A DNA stretch of 64,000 bases from Bugula neritina (lineage: Eukaryota; Animalia; Bryozoa). Shown here piece by piece: positions 23,301-37,989 of this stretch. The DNA is taken from positions 28,891,504-28,955,503 of the forward strand of contig OZ037765.1 in the NCBI GenBank assembly GCA_964035545.1. Direction: 5' to 3'. Within the stretch, counting starts at the first letter, position 1; every line of letters begins with the position of its first letter. Made by a program: the position numbers and the translations under genes. A model generated the notes under the pieces. The model did no database searches. It was not told the origin of the DNA and worked only from the letters and a program-made list of their open reading frames with translations.

Positions 23301-26300
23301 CAATAACAATTAATCACAAAGCAACATGACTGAGTGCTAAATTTATACAGGTGTTGTTCTAACCTACCAAAGTACTGAAATATGCTAAACACATACAGTT
23401 GTACACACATTACTAACTATATATTATATACTATATAGTAACATCATCAACTACCTACCACTGAGTAACCACTGAAGTCTGCGAATATATCTCTTGAGTA
23501 TTGTATCCATCTGCACCTCATACCTCTCCAGCTCATGTGGCAGCAGCTGCAGGTGCTTTATTGTGCCCTTCACATTGACACTTGGAAATATGTTGCAGTA
23601 CCTACAATACACAAGAAAATATTCATTGAGTGGTTAGCAGTAGCAAAAGTAGATAACTCCTAAATACAGTTAGTCTATGCTTTTTAGAAGCAATACAGTT
23701 CCTAGAATTGTATTCCATCAGCTTTGCAAAAGTATCTAAATACAATACATGCTAGTATTCATAGTAAAAAATTCATTTTAAGACGTACGCAGGGCCATAG
23801 TATTTACTGTATCTTAACATTGTGTCATTATTAAATGTGAGTTGATACACAATATTATTGAATTAAGTTAACACTTACTTTGCCCCGACACTCTTTCCCA
23901 GTGCACTGATCGACTGATCTACATGCTTGCAGTCTGGCCCACTAACTAGCTTGTACAAGTCTAACCGCAGTTTGTTGATAGAATATTTCTTCATCCACTA
24001 AAACATCACATCAGCATATCAATATGATTTGCAGTAGAAAACTAGCTTCTTTCATTTCACAAGTGTGAGCATTTCAACCCTGGCTGCTAATCTAAGCAGT
24101 TTACAACATACAGAGGCTGATCACCCTGAATTTAGTTGAGATGCATTGTGCAGTATCTGATTTAACAGATTCATTTAGTGATAGTAAACTACATAGCACC
24201 ATTGTCTGTAAATATTAGGTAATTCAGTAACAAAAGCTACAATTCTCTAATGATTTATGTACAAATTAAACCTTACTCAAACTGACAATTACTGCAATAG
24301 AACAATATGCCATATTTATTTATTAAATATGCAGATTATAATAATTATATATTCACAAAGCATCATCACTTACATCTTTTGTAGAAATCGTTTCCTCGGT
24401 GTGTGGAATACTAGCAGGAACAATGTCTTTCCTTACAGACTTATTAAGAGGGTAATCTTTTAACACCACGCCAATCTGTTTCAAGAGTACACAATACATA
24501 TATTTTGCTGCATAACAGTATTTATATCAATTTGTTGTTACTAGATAAAAAATATTAATGTACATTATAACGCAGGTTCTTCAATGTTATTTAAGTCCCA
24601 GCTAATCAAATAGCAAAGGAAAAATAATGATAGATAAATAAACTCACTGGTTGGGATTTGTCTCCCGTGTAGAATACTTGAGTTGCTGGCTGCTTCTTTT
24701 TAAAGTTATTTTTCACTTTAGCCATAGGATTGTCATTGACTCGACTAGATTCTGTAAAATATTAACTTTCAAATATTTCTCTATAAAATCATATATTTTA
24801 GAAGAATACATTCGCTCTAGCATGCATCAGCCAATAACTAGGTTCATATGTTTATTACATTGCTTATACAAGGAAACATGTAATAACCATTTTAAATAAA
24901 TGCTATATACAATAAAATAAAAAAATCTAAAAACTAGATCTTAAACCATCATCAGAACATTCTTGTTTTGTCCAAATGTGGTATTTTTTTAGCGCTTGAA
25001 ACAAAAAATAGTTTAGGACATGAGCTGTAAGAACATAGTATATAAATAACAAAAATAAAAATATCCTAAAATTTAATCATCTTTGTAAAAAGAAACTAAA
25101 AAAAATAATTCTTATTCAAAAATTTTGATTTTTCTAATCAGAATTGTGGAAAAGATTCTCCTGTGACCTAATTAATAGTACAAACTATGTCATGATGCCA
25201 TTAAATTCATGACTTATAAATATTGCAGCTAAAAGCAGTTTCCATGACGCCTGAAAGCAACAACTAGTAAATCTTTCAATACTCTATGAAGAAAATTGAA
25301 ATACCTTTTGCACTGGTGGCTCTAGATTTGGTACTCTGACCAGCTATGCTACGGCTTGTGTTAGACTTTGCACTTTGTGGTCTTCGTATAGTATTCGGAG
25401 TTTCTTGACTTCTTTCCGCTAATTGCTATAAAAACAGCATTATACTATATAGTGATACCATATAGCATTATATAAAAACAGTATAATGCTATATAGTGAT
25501 ACCATATAGCATTATATAAAAACATAAAATATAGCAACTACCCTGTCATATAAAGTACTACATGTTTCATTATATACAGGTGATTTAAGCACAAAGCAGT
25601 TACAAAACACGCATTTATATAATTTGAGTGTTGAATTTAAAAAATAATATTGCTTTATAGTAAATCATAATTGGTTCAAATATAGCAAACACAAAGAGAA
25701 TAAATTATTCTAACTACGCAAGGACATTACATACAGTCATGAAAACTGAGTCAAATGTTTGAGTCAAAATGCAGTGAGTCATGCTATAAACTCAAAACAA
25801 GACAAGCACAAACCCTTTGATTAACTGGCACTAAGGCCATGGAATTGCTTGAAGGTGGAGCATTCAAAGCGGGTGCTTCAGGAGCAAGTGGCCAATCAGG
25901 CCACAGCAATGCTTTTGAAGGAATACAATTCTTATGAAAACCATGACTATGCTGCAAGAAACAAATCATAGCAGAAGAAAAGCAAAAGGGAAATAGAAAG
26001 TAGGAGTAGCTGTTGATGTGCATATAACAAATAAAACACTTCAACGACATATCACAAATACTAGCAAAATATTACATTAGCGCAACAGAAGCATCGGACA
26101 TACGTGGATGCAACAAATTTGGTGAGAAGTCATCATGAAATGGCTTAGGGTGAATATAGAAAGCTGTTGAAATAAACTGAATATGATAAATTGACAAACT
26201 ATAGTATTTGTAGCTGGTGCATAAAGTCAGCTGTAAGTGCAAGAGTGTGTCTACATACTCCCCTTACCCTAGTACTACCAAGGGACACCATTGATTTACT

Positions 26301-29300
26301 CTTTTTAAACGTGGTAGCAGAAGTGGTAGTAGTTGAACTAGTAACGGAATCACTTCGCATGCTTCTACCAGTAGCAGTGGAGTTCTAGCGTCATATATAG
26401 CATAATGAGAGTTTCTCTAAACCTTGTTGTTATACAACATTCTAGTGAGGATTGAGTAGAAATAAAGTTGATTGAATTGAACTAAAAACTAGTATTATGA
26501 TAAATGCCAATGCAATAGTTGCAGTGCTTTATAAACCTATATTGGTAATTTTGAAGCAGCAGTTTTGAAGTAACTATGTCTATGCATGACCGTAATTAAA
26601 ACACAGAAACATATAAACCTTGTTACTTATTGCAACTTTCATGTCTAATAAATATCAATAGAACTATAGAGTATAGAACTATAGAGTATAGAACTATAGA
26701 GTATAGAATTATATAGTATAGAACTATAGAGTATAGAACTATAGAGTATAGAACTATAGAATATAGAATTATATAGTATAGAATTATAGAGTATAGAATT
26801 GTAGAGTTTAGAGTTATTAAGTGTAGAATTATAGGATATAGAATTATAGATTGTAAAATTACAGATTAGAGAATAATAAAGATGAAGTGAATAAAATGCT
26901 GTTCTTATGTAGCTCTAAGATATCACAGGTTTTAGGTTTCATCTAGAAAGGTTTGCTAAACATTGCATTAAGAAGAGCGGACAGCTTATCTGGCACTAGT
27001 GGCAGAGTATTACATACCTTTCGGCTGGTGACTGATTTGTCTTTGTAGCGTGACTTCACTGATTCAACCAATGAAGACGCCTGATTAGAAAAAGTAACGG
27101 CTCTGTCTATCTCATCCGTTATCTCTTTGATGTCATCACTCTCAATGATACCTACAAGGAGCGATAATTTTCTTCTCTGAACCCAGCATAATAAGCATGA
27201 CGTACAGGTTTATAGCTGAATAACCTTCTTTTGAATGATTGAAAAAAAACGCAATAAAATGAAGCAAAACAATGGGTGCTTGCTACTTCTAACATCAAAG
27301 TGATAAGTGATACTGATAGCTTAAAGATTTTATTAAAAAAAGTATCAGAAGCAATTTCTAGGCAAAAGTCAGATGTGTATCTTAATTAATATTATTGAAT
27401 ATGTTATGCTATACAGTATACAGTAATTATATTGTACTGGAGATACAAATGAAATAATGTATTATACTAAATTTAAGCTGCAGTTGTACTCTTGTTTTGC
27501 TAGATCTAACACATCTTTAATACACCCTATACTAATATAGGAATTTTTTTACCTAAAGCTAAGGTATGTTTTAATATATATTTAATATTTATAATTTATA
27601 TATTTAAAAGAACTACAAGTGTATTCTAAGTCTATAACTATAGATATTATGATTTTAGATACAGAGCATAGCCAAATACTGTCATAGATGGTGTGCAAGC
27701 ATTTAATAATCAATAACTATAAAGTATAGTTCCCTGCATTGTTACCCATATTATATTATAGTAATTAAGCTATAATACTATATAATGCTTATGATCCTAA
27801 TATAAAAAGGAAAATGTCACAATATGTACAGATGCAGTAACAATTTTTAGCAAACTAAATTAAAAAGTAAAATTGTATTTATATTAAGCGTTGTATAAAC
27901 TTAGAAAGTGTGAGACAGCAATGCATACGCCCGCACTTTGTGATACATACCAGTTGGGTGGTACTCAGCTATACAAACAAACAGTAGAGAGGGTGTGAAA
28001 AAGAAAATATTAATATGCAATAGGTTCATTTATTCATCTTATATGACAAGTGTAAATAAAGTTCAAATTAGAGGCATTTTGCTAAAACTTCATTAAACAT
28101 TTGATTTTTCTTAAATTTTTTAGTCAAAGGACATCATTAGATATTTTGGCTGAAAGTTGAAGAAATTTTGTTAACAAAAAACTGTTTATTTTTCAAAAAA
28201 ATGCTTTAAATTTCATAGCAAAATCTTGACTCAAACAATATTTTTTTCTATCTAAATTGTTGAAGTTTTATAAAAAGATTTATGCAGGAAATTTCACAAA
28301 TTTATTAATAGTATTTATATAAATATGATGTGTGGTATCACATATATGTAAACCTGTAATCTAACTGTAAACATTTTGTTAGCAAGGTTTGAAATATGTT
28401 AAAATTTACTACAATAACTACGGACCTAAAAAATATGCTAGTTCTATTTACAAACCCAACACTTTCCAGTTAACTTCTACAAAAAATACAATTTCTGTTC
28501 CGGTAAAGATGTGACTGAGAACTTGATTTGAACTTTACAAACCGAGGCATGCATAGATGTAGATGATCAGCATTAACTAGTATAATTAAAAATAATCAAT
28601 TTCATTGTCAATTATAATGAAATATATTGATTACTAAATTAATTAAAAACAATGATGGTTTTTCTGACTTAGTCAATTCTGTTCTTAATATATAAAAGCT
28701 ATTAAAGCAACATTTTAAACCTAGATAATTCACCCATCTTTATATAGAATAGATTACTTCTCTTTCAATAATTATGTGTAGATCATACTTGGGTCAAATA
28801 AAAATAGGCTTAACATACTAACCAGTCTCTCTAAACCAATGAAATCTCCCTTCTGTAACATGCGCCATAGTTCTAAAGAGATCAGACGTGACAGTAATGT
28901 TGGAATATCTGCCCGGGATAGCACCATTGCTGTCATAGTCATCTACATTAAACAGAATCGTGTGCAGCTTGCAGCCTCTGCCTTTGAGAGACTCTTCCAC
29001 ATAGGAGAGGCACACGTCACCGTGTTGGTCTGGAACACCACTTGTGAATAAGTAGATCCCTTCAACATCTACAATTCACATATTATATAGTTGTAAGAGC
29101 ATATTATGTTGAAACTCTATAAGGGGTGAAAATGCTAAGAAATTTTGCTTCCATCCTCATGTGGTAAAAAAATTTTTTAACGTACCAATGTAGTCTTGGT
29201 GTACAAAAATGAAACAGCAGTTTACAAATGAAAGCTGAAAGGCATAAAAATGCATTACAACAGTAAAAGTTCTGTGTACAACATTTTAGATGATGGTCAT

Positions 29301-30250
29301 CAAATGAATTAGATTCATTATTCAAAAATTTAATAAAATGCAGCAAGTTTTTCACACAAGAATTGGAGTTGTATGCTTTTATCAATAATGAACACTATTA
29401 TATCTGTACACAAGTAACAAGAAATGTAAGCTTGGCCAATCCGGTTGCACTACTCACTGACATTATGATGTGTCTCATCATCATTCTCACACGCCTGCCT
29501 AAATGCTTCTAGAAAGTTCCTGCTGCCTTCACACTGCATGTCCAGACAAAACTTCCAGGCATCTTGTAGACTTTGTGGTGTCACCTTTGTCAATGTAGGC
29601 TTCCACTTTTTAATATTCATTCCATAGCTGCAAACACACAGTATACATATATGGTGTGTTAAAAGCTATACTTATTAGAAGTTTATGATGCTATTGCCAC
29701 CTATGTTTGATGAATTTTCAAAATGCTGATAGCTTTTTACCCATATAATATGTAGTCCCACTATACTATAAAGCTCTGGCACACTAACGTATCAAATAGA
29801 AGCTAGATGTCTTTACACTATGCTTTTACTCTCCGTTTTCTTAGCATTTGACCTCTAAACATGCTGTGATATGAATGCAAATACAAAGGGTGATTCATTA
29901 CAAAGGTGTTGGACCTCAGTTAAAATACTGTGCACAAGAGAAGACAACTGACGTGATGATGTTGATGTAATCCTTGTTGACAAGCTGCTGCTCGAGAAGA
30001 AGTCTCATTGAGTGCTGGATGTGCACCAGGTAGTTGAGGTTGGTGAGAGAGAGATCCACAATGATGACCACACTACAAGTAGAATACATACAATACACTG
30101 CATGTATGTGACGCTCACACAATCGCCACATCAATTATATGCTTCTAAAAATTTATATCTAACTATTTCGTTTAGAAAACTCCTAATACAGTTAGAACAA
30201 ATTTAGGGCAAGGTTTAATCTAAAATTTTCTAACATTAACCCTAAGGGAA

Positions 30251-30319
<69 letters not shown>

Positions 30320-33300
30320 TATATTTTAATTATATTATTTATAATGAACTTCACACACTAACGATATTAGGTAAAAAAAGCTGACGTACATTTTTTCGGT
30401 GACTGTACCGAATATTCGTTTGCTGCCTTGTGACAGCCAGTTGACTCGATCCTCAAACACCTTGACAGTGTCTCCGAGATGCTTTTGGTATTCAAACATC
30501 TCCGACATGTCCACGTGGACGTTTCTGATGGAGCCATCATTCCAGGTAAATTTAGTCAAAGCTGAGTTGTTTACCTGCCAGCAAATAAAACCATGTTTCA
30601 AATTATCTATAGAACTGTTTCACTACTTGATAATGTAATAAGGAAGGTACTTGGTATTTATATAATATGCAATGCATTTTATCAAACACCAAACATGCAT
30701 TAGTGAAAAGATAAAAAAGTTATTGCCCATAACCAAAACCCATAAAAACAAATCACTTGCAACAATATATATTCCAGTGTTATCATGATTACATGTTTTA
30801 CTATAATTTTACTATAATATTACCTAAATGATAAAAACCTGTTGGCCATAACCAACCACTTGCAATCACATCCTCTAATGTTAGTATGATAGCATGTTTT
30901 ACTATGATAAAATAACTAGTCAACTTGGCCTCATTTACTTCTTATACTATTCACCACAAGGGTATAGGTAGTACCTGAGACTTTACAGTTCGTTTGAGAA
31001 CTGGCACAAAATCTTCTTTAAAAGCATGTGAGTTCTTGGCCAAAACCTGATATATCTCAAGATTCTTCGCTGCAAACACAAATATTGTTGATTTAGTGAT
31101 CCAGTACAGACAATCTAAGCAAAACATATATTTTACAATCAAGTTAAACTTGAAAAGGGAACAACAAAATTATATTATAAATGGAAATTTTATTTGAATA
31201 AATTAATGTAGACAGTTACATACCTTTAAGCCCATTTGATTTGATCCAGTCTTTAGAAGTCTTTGGGTGAAAGGTTGGCTGATCAAGGTTGAGAGGAAGG
31301 TCATGACCTGGAGGTCGTGGTAGGAATCTAGACTGCGGCAATTTTGCCACCTCATTTGATATCTAAAGAAGTTGTCAAATTTTATGGCCATCAGAAATAC
31401 TTCATCTAATGCAAAAATATGCAAATATTGAGAAATTTTCGCATTTATTATTGTTCATGAACTTAAAATGCATGGGCATTTAAATGCCTAAGTGTTGTTC
31501 TATCACGTATTATCTTCTCAGAGTCTTAACACAATGTTCAACACAAGTTGCAATAAAATAAGCTTCTAGTTTGGAGTTACCTCATCCATGATGGAGACTA
31601 AGGCGGAGCCCAGCAGACCCCTTCTCATGTCTTTTATTTTGTTGATGATATTCTGAGCTTCTTTGACTTCATCCAACAAACGACTGATATCATCTCCTGT
31701 ATATATTTGCTCCTCATTGGTTGAAGTGTAACAATGAAATCTTCCCCCACTAATATCGGCCAAGTTTTTCATCAAGCTCTGTGAAGGTATTCCATCAGAA
31801 CAATTAACAACTGATTTAAAATCATTTTCAAACTTGTTAAAACTTTGTAAAAAGTCTTTCCTATTATTGTAGATAATTTGGAACTTATTTTTTATTATGC
31901 ATATGCTTACAAATATATGACAAATACACACTTGATATATACAAGCAAGCTTATTAGCTGTATAATACACAAGAAGTTACTGTGTGATGATGACTTACAT
32001 TAGCTTGCTCATTGTTACAGTCATAGGCGATACAATGAATAGGCTTCTCCCTTCCACATAGCAGCTGGTAGACATAATCACACATAACCTCACTCTTTTG
32101 ATCAGGTCTACAAGTAGTAGGAAAATTCCTGATAAAAATTATGAACAGTTTTCTCAATTATTTATTTGATGATTGAAATCATATATAAATTTATTATTAT
32201 AAATTCAAAAAACTATGGTTGATTGTAAAATACAAAATGGTACACAAGCAAGTTAGATAATTATTAGCATAACCTTGAGACTTTTAAGTTTAATTATTTA
32301 AGAACTCAACATGTAAATTCTTATTAACATCCAGTATTAGGAGTATAAAAAAGTATTCATGATTATTGAAAAATGGAGTAAGATTGAGGAAAAAGAAGAA
32401 GAAAGAGACATAACTTAATAACTCCATAAAAGCTTTCACATCACAGGCAAGTATTCTAATGAGTTGGTAAAGTATTGAAAAAATAATTACTAAACTTACA
32501 CAGAGCCAAGTATGATGATGACTTGGTCTATACCCTTGACATTGAGAACATGTTTCAGTGACTTTAGAAGGTTGCATCCACCACTTGGCTGGAGTTGTCT
32601 CACCCATTGCTCAGCTTCTTCAACTCTGAGATAACAACCAAGCATTGAAAAGTCATGACATCATTGATATATGACAGTTTTAAGTTTATCTTCAATCTTT
32701 AAATTATGAATTATACTTATACCAAAGTTAATCTAAAATATATTAAAATATATTCATGTGTGAAAAAAAATTAAAAAATGATAAAAAGACCACCATAAAG
32801 CCTCTCATTCACAATATTTCAACATTATTTGTCATCAGGTGTACACATATATTATACTAGTATAAAATATTACATTATAATAACTTAATATTATAGCAAC
32901 AGTTATAGCATACCCTGAGACATAATATGTTGTATGAGTATGGCAAAGCATGGTCTGTCTGGTATATTATAGTATAGCATAACATAGAATATTCTAGTGT
33001 AGCATAGTATAAAAGAGTATACCTGTTGACTATAGCATGTATGGCATAGTACAGCATAGCATAGGATAGTAGAATAAAATGGCCTCAGATTAAATTGTCA
33101 TAATACAATACACAGCAAGCATACAACAAGTATGTGTATGAATTATACATCACTTACATTCTACAATTCACGTCCCTCGGTACTTGCCACAGAGGGTCAA
33201 TGTTAGTCCCAAACGACACAAAATAAAGTTTATCCTTTTTTTTCAGCTGTTCATCAATTAGGTGCTGTAAGATATATCAAGTAGTTCTATGCTACGTATA

Positions 33301-35322
33301 TATAGGTATAATATAAACTTGGTATATTGTAGTGTGTAGACCACAACAAGTTTTATATGGACAACCTTTACTACACTTTGGTAAATGTTTTCGCAACATA
33401 TAAACATCCTAGAAACTATAAGCTTGTCATAACCTAATCTCTAGATAGAATCTGACAATAGTATTTGCTAACATCATAGTAAACGTGTTGGAAGTCAATT
33501 ATATAAAGTATTTCATAAGACAGATTTACCAGAAGAGACTCCTTGAATGTGCAGAGTCTCCCAAACCCAGTGTTCACATCCGAGGTGTCCACTATTACAG
33601 CTACACTGCTGCCTTTGATAAGACCAAATGTTCTTTTGCTGCCAGCCAAGCAAAACTTTATCCGCTCTGTATAAGATCTGATCAGCCTAAAAACAACCTC
33701 CTATTAAATGTCTGTTGAAATCAACGGATAAATTTATAAATCACAGTTTGGTTTCCAGTTAACTAAGTTTACAGCTGATTTTTATCCCCAATGGCTGTGC
33801 GACGAAAATAATCTTTGGTAAAACTCCAGACACATTTAAAACTTTGCAACTTGCTTTTAGGGCTAGTATTTCAGTTGGAGCTTTGACAGATCAAAAAGTG
33901 TTTTCTAAAGCAACAGATTTACAATGTTCAACACATTTGTGGGTTGTTGATTGAGTGGTTACAGTGGCCGGTTGAATGATTTCTGTAGCCAATATCTAGG
34001 TCTGTACAATCATAGGATAAATTATCGAAAACCAATGAATAATAAACAAAACAAAATAAAATTGCAATTAACATATTAAAACTAATTGTCAATGTCAAGA
34101 AGAGCTACCTAGAATATTTTTTAGCACTTTTGTAAAAAATTAAACTGGCCTAAAAACAAGTTTTAAATCAATGAAACTTTGTTATAAACACATAAGAAAA
34201 CTTACTTTTGAAGTTTAAACTCAAATTCATTGATAGTAGCTGCATCAAACTGAATATGCTGCTGTACTCTCCCAGTAGACTTGTCACAGACAGGTTTACC
34301 GATTGTACCTTTGTCTACCAAATCCTTGAGAGTGAGTCGGAGGTGGTGAATGTTGTGAGTCTGTAGCCATTCTTCTGAGTCTTGTTCTTCTGCTTGTCCT
34401 GTAGCCGAGTATCTCTCAGCCTCTTTCTGAAGTGTTAGCAGACGTCTTATGTCAAAGTGTGCAAAGCAACAAACAACATTTCATGCAGAAAAACATAAAA
34501 TATACATGAAAAAAAAAATATATATATAATAAATATTACAACAGTTGGTGAGTATTAGTAAGAACCAATGAACACAACAGATTGGTGTCACTATCTGCTC
34601 AGTTTGAAGCAAGTTATTTTATTATTAGTTGTAAGTAAATGAAGCATATTAGGTAAGTGTTCAGACCAACTAGCTCTGTTTACAATACCTTGTAGCCTGA
34701 TTCCTCAAGTTTGTAAGGTCCCTGCATATACAGTAAGCACATGTCTTGCAACTCAACATTTGTATGTGTTTATATAATATATATGAATAGTAGACAAATG
34801 TTAGATTGTCATTTATATAACCTGTCATTATTTATTCGCAGTAATAGTTCTTAGTAATGACTGTAAATATGCAGTAAATAATAGTTTATAAAGTATTTAT
34901 TCTGTATGTATTTTATGTATAAACTATAGTGTGCTGACCAGTAGATCATATGTCTGATTGACATGAGTCACCGTCAGATCACTGGGAGCCTTGGCATCAG
35001 CTACTCTTGCTATTCTCCACTCTGGACGGTTGGTAAGGTTAGGCTTGTTAGCAACTTTTTCTATATCTGAAGCAATCATACGTTTTGCTCTGCTCATGAG
35101 TCTAAAATTATTACAGTAGCAAATTTCACAAAAGCTGAATTATTGCATTATTGAGTTTTTGTTAATTCTAAAAATAAAACCAAAGTTATAATAATATGTT
35201 TTGGAGTTATAAATTTTTTTTCCACAATGTGCTTGAGTGAGGTGTAGAACGTACATGCAATATAATATAAAATTATATGCTATAAAATAATTGTTTTACC
35301 TCTCCTCTTTATCTTTTTTCAT
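20396..35322 (-). CDS. VWA3A: von Willebrand factor A domain-containing protein 3A, about 25-30 exons; non-coding first exon probably ends near 35993
   Basis: N-terminal LTVTHVNQTYDLL, repeated GS(K/R)RxFG motifs each preceding vWA domains (VIVDTS, ILVDISGSM), GGRFH/GGRYH motifs, C-terminal PEFEGDDLRRLAAEI; TGA at 20398-20396. The start (MKKDKEERL..) is inferred from in-phase exons. Confidence 0.9.
21279..21437. repeat. 20-bp minisatellite (TCACATTGTATGTTACAGAG), about 8 copies, in a VWA3A intron
   Basis: Direct tandem copies with few substitutions and no spacers. Confidence 0.95.
25427..25524. repeat. 44-bp tandem duplication (about 2.2 copies) at a VWA3A splice acceptor
   Basis: TATAAAAACA(GCATTATAC/GTATAATGC)TATATAGTGATACCATATAGCATTA repeated. 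Confidence 0.85.
26659..26860. repeat. 15-bp minisatellite (GTATAGAACTATAGA), about 13 copies, decaying to the right
   Basis: Tandem periodicity visible in a VWA3A intron. Confidence 0.9.
30254..30312. repeat. (AT)n microsatellite
   Basis: About 29 perfect AT units. Confidence 0.95.
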
Positions 35323-35989
35323 TTTGAATAGTTCTTTTTCAGAGACAAAAACTAAAATACAAAGAGTAATATAAAAACATGAATAGTTTCAGTACATATT
35401 GTCAAAACTATCTTTGAATAAAAAAACTACAACAAAAAAATTGATGAAATATACATACGAAAATAGCAGTGATAAGTCTAAGAGTAAAAATAGGCTACTG
35501 TTAAAACTGTTGTAGCAGTTAGTGTTACAGTACTACTGTACTAGACAGTACAGTGGTGCTGATACTACTAAGTCATAAAAAAGTTATTACAATGAACTTT
35601 TATTAGTACTGAATATAAAGTAAATGTTTTCACAACTAATAAATCACTCTTAGTTTTAGCAAAACTAAATGACTGTCACTATGATTACTATGACTATCAC
35701 TATGAGTATGAGTAATGATTAATCATATAATATTAATTATTCATGGTTATCATAATGATAATGGTTTATTAACTATTCGAACTATAACTTTACACGTTAT
35801 TTTACAAATTGCACAAAAAGTCGTCACATAAAAGTTATAAAACTAAATTAAAAATAAAAATGCTATATGGCTCAATAAGGAGTAAAGAGTTTTTGTGATT
35901 AAGCAAGTATTGCAAAGTACTAAAGGATAAAATGGTAGTACATTGTTGTTATGGAAATAATACGCCACGGCAATGGCAAAGCTATCACT

Positions 35990-36275
35990 TACCCTGATAT
36001 GATTGGCTAAAATTTAGTATTAGATTTTTATCATCAAGATCCGTGGCTATTTAATGATCTAGTGTTATTGGACAAACTTGTGCCAGCTTGAACTCTGATT
36101 AGGCAAAGAAACGCTTTTCCAACGTGACACTATCGCGGGAATTACGATTTCGCGCCACACCCCGGGAAAGTTGTTGATATTTTCTGCACTATACCACCTA
36201 TAGTTATCACAGAGCTAGTTGTGCATAAATTTGTGTTGTTGTGCAAGGATAGCGATCGGTCAGAAATAAAGGTGA
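35990..36275. promoter_or_regulatory. Bidirectional promoter of VWA3A and E2F with clustered E2F-binding sites
   Basis: Opposite-strand first-exon donors (AGG|GTAAGT on - near 35992; AAG|GTGAGT on + near 36271); CGCGGGAA 36134-36141, TTTCGCGC 36148-36155, CCGGGAAA 36162-36169; inverted CCAAT at 36002. Confidence 0.65.
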
Positions 36276-37989
36276 GTTTTATCGACAACCATCCTGTTCT
36301 AAAATGTAATTCTAAGTGAGAAAACGTGTGTTTTAAAACTTCGCAAGCCTTGATAATGCATTTATTAACTTGAAAGAAGGAGACATTGCTCATTAATGCT
36401 TTTTTGTTAGATCAGAAGATCGTGTATCGTAGCCAGTTCACCTACGTTTTTTTATTTTCATGTTTTGGATTAAACTTGATTAATTGATTCTTCAAGCAAA
36501 TTAAAGTTACCTATGTTTCTATAATTATGATTATGATCGGAGTTATATTGCAATTTCAAAAATAATAATCTCAATCTGTTAATTGTGATTGTATTTAATT
36601 TTATTGTTAAACTTGATGTAACACTCTAGACCTAGTCTAACACTAACAGTAACTCAAAGTGTAAGACTTAAAGTTAAGAGTAAGACCAACTGACTTTGAG
36701 TAGCTCTAAGAGTAAGTTTTAGTGTTCAGTTGTTGCTAAATTTCTTTTTCATACTTTGTCTTACTCATACTGAGACTACAGTTATTACTATTACTATTAG
36801 TATTAGTTATAAATTGTAGTTAAACTTGATAGTTAATGATATTGTAATACATACTGATAGTGATACTTTCACTGTTACACTTAGTCTTACTAACTGACTT
36901 ACTGTGATACTTATAGTGATACTTGTACTAATAGTAATAGTGGCACTAATAGTAACACGAATAATAATTATAATTATCAATACCTAGAGTTAGCCTTATA
37001 TTTACTTTTATAGTTTATAACTAAGAGTTATTATCAATATTATACTTGTCGTTATAGTTATACTTATAGTAATAGTTATAGTTTAAGTTCTAGTTATACT
37101 TGATTTTATTAGAATATGAACATGAAATTTAAATTGCATATAAAGTTCAACAGCTATATGATGAGTATAGCTACATCTATGTGTTTAAATTTTATTCTTA
37201 AGTTATTTAGCTTTACTTTTAGTAATTAGTATTACTAGAAGTAAATACTATTACTAATTTATTTAACTTAGAAATAAGTATTGCAGTAAATTACTATAAA
37301 TATAAATACAAAGTATAGCTATAAAAGTTGATGTTTGTATAAACTTGTAAATTGCATATGGATATTCGTTGCAATATAACTGTCAGTAAATTAGATACTG
37401 GAACTTGATAATTATCATGCCTACTCTAAGTCTTGCTGCTACTAGTTACTATTGGCTGTCATGGTCATATGACCATGAAATTGAATTCAATATCAATATT
37501 GTGTGTGAATGTGAGTGAGTGAATATCAATATGAACATAGGCATTGGTTAAAAAAATTATTTTATCAATAGTACTAATTCAATAGCGATTTCATCATCAG
37601 CATTAAGTTTCATAATCCATGATAAACAATGATTAAATTGCACTGAAGCATATTCTACAGGAACACAAAACTAGATATTTGATCATGTTTTAAGGCTGTA
37701 AATTAGAAGATTTCCAAAATTTTGAATTTTAGGGACCTCAATTGTGTAGAATAAATCAAACTGTCTCTAATAAATGTAATGATTTTTATATTAAGCTAGC
37801 CAACTTTATACCCAAGTTTTGCTTGTATAATGATATTTGTATTTCTTGTTTGACTAAAGTTCTTCTTAGCTATTAAAGAGAACGAATTTTAGCAGCTACA
37901 AAAACTGCACCTATACATGCACCTTAAATACCGGTCCAAGTCCTAAGACCTCTTCTGATTCTTTTTATGACATTTATGTACTTGTTTGA

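Noticed and set aside
35947-35960. RFX X-box-like GTTGTTATGGAAAT near the VWA3A 5' end
   Set aside because: Biologically plausible for a cilia gene, but it is an imperfect match of a degenerate motif and cannot be supported from one sequence.
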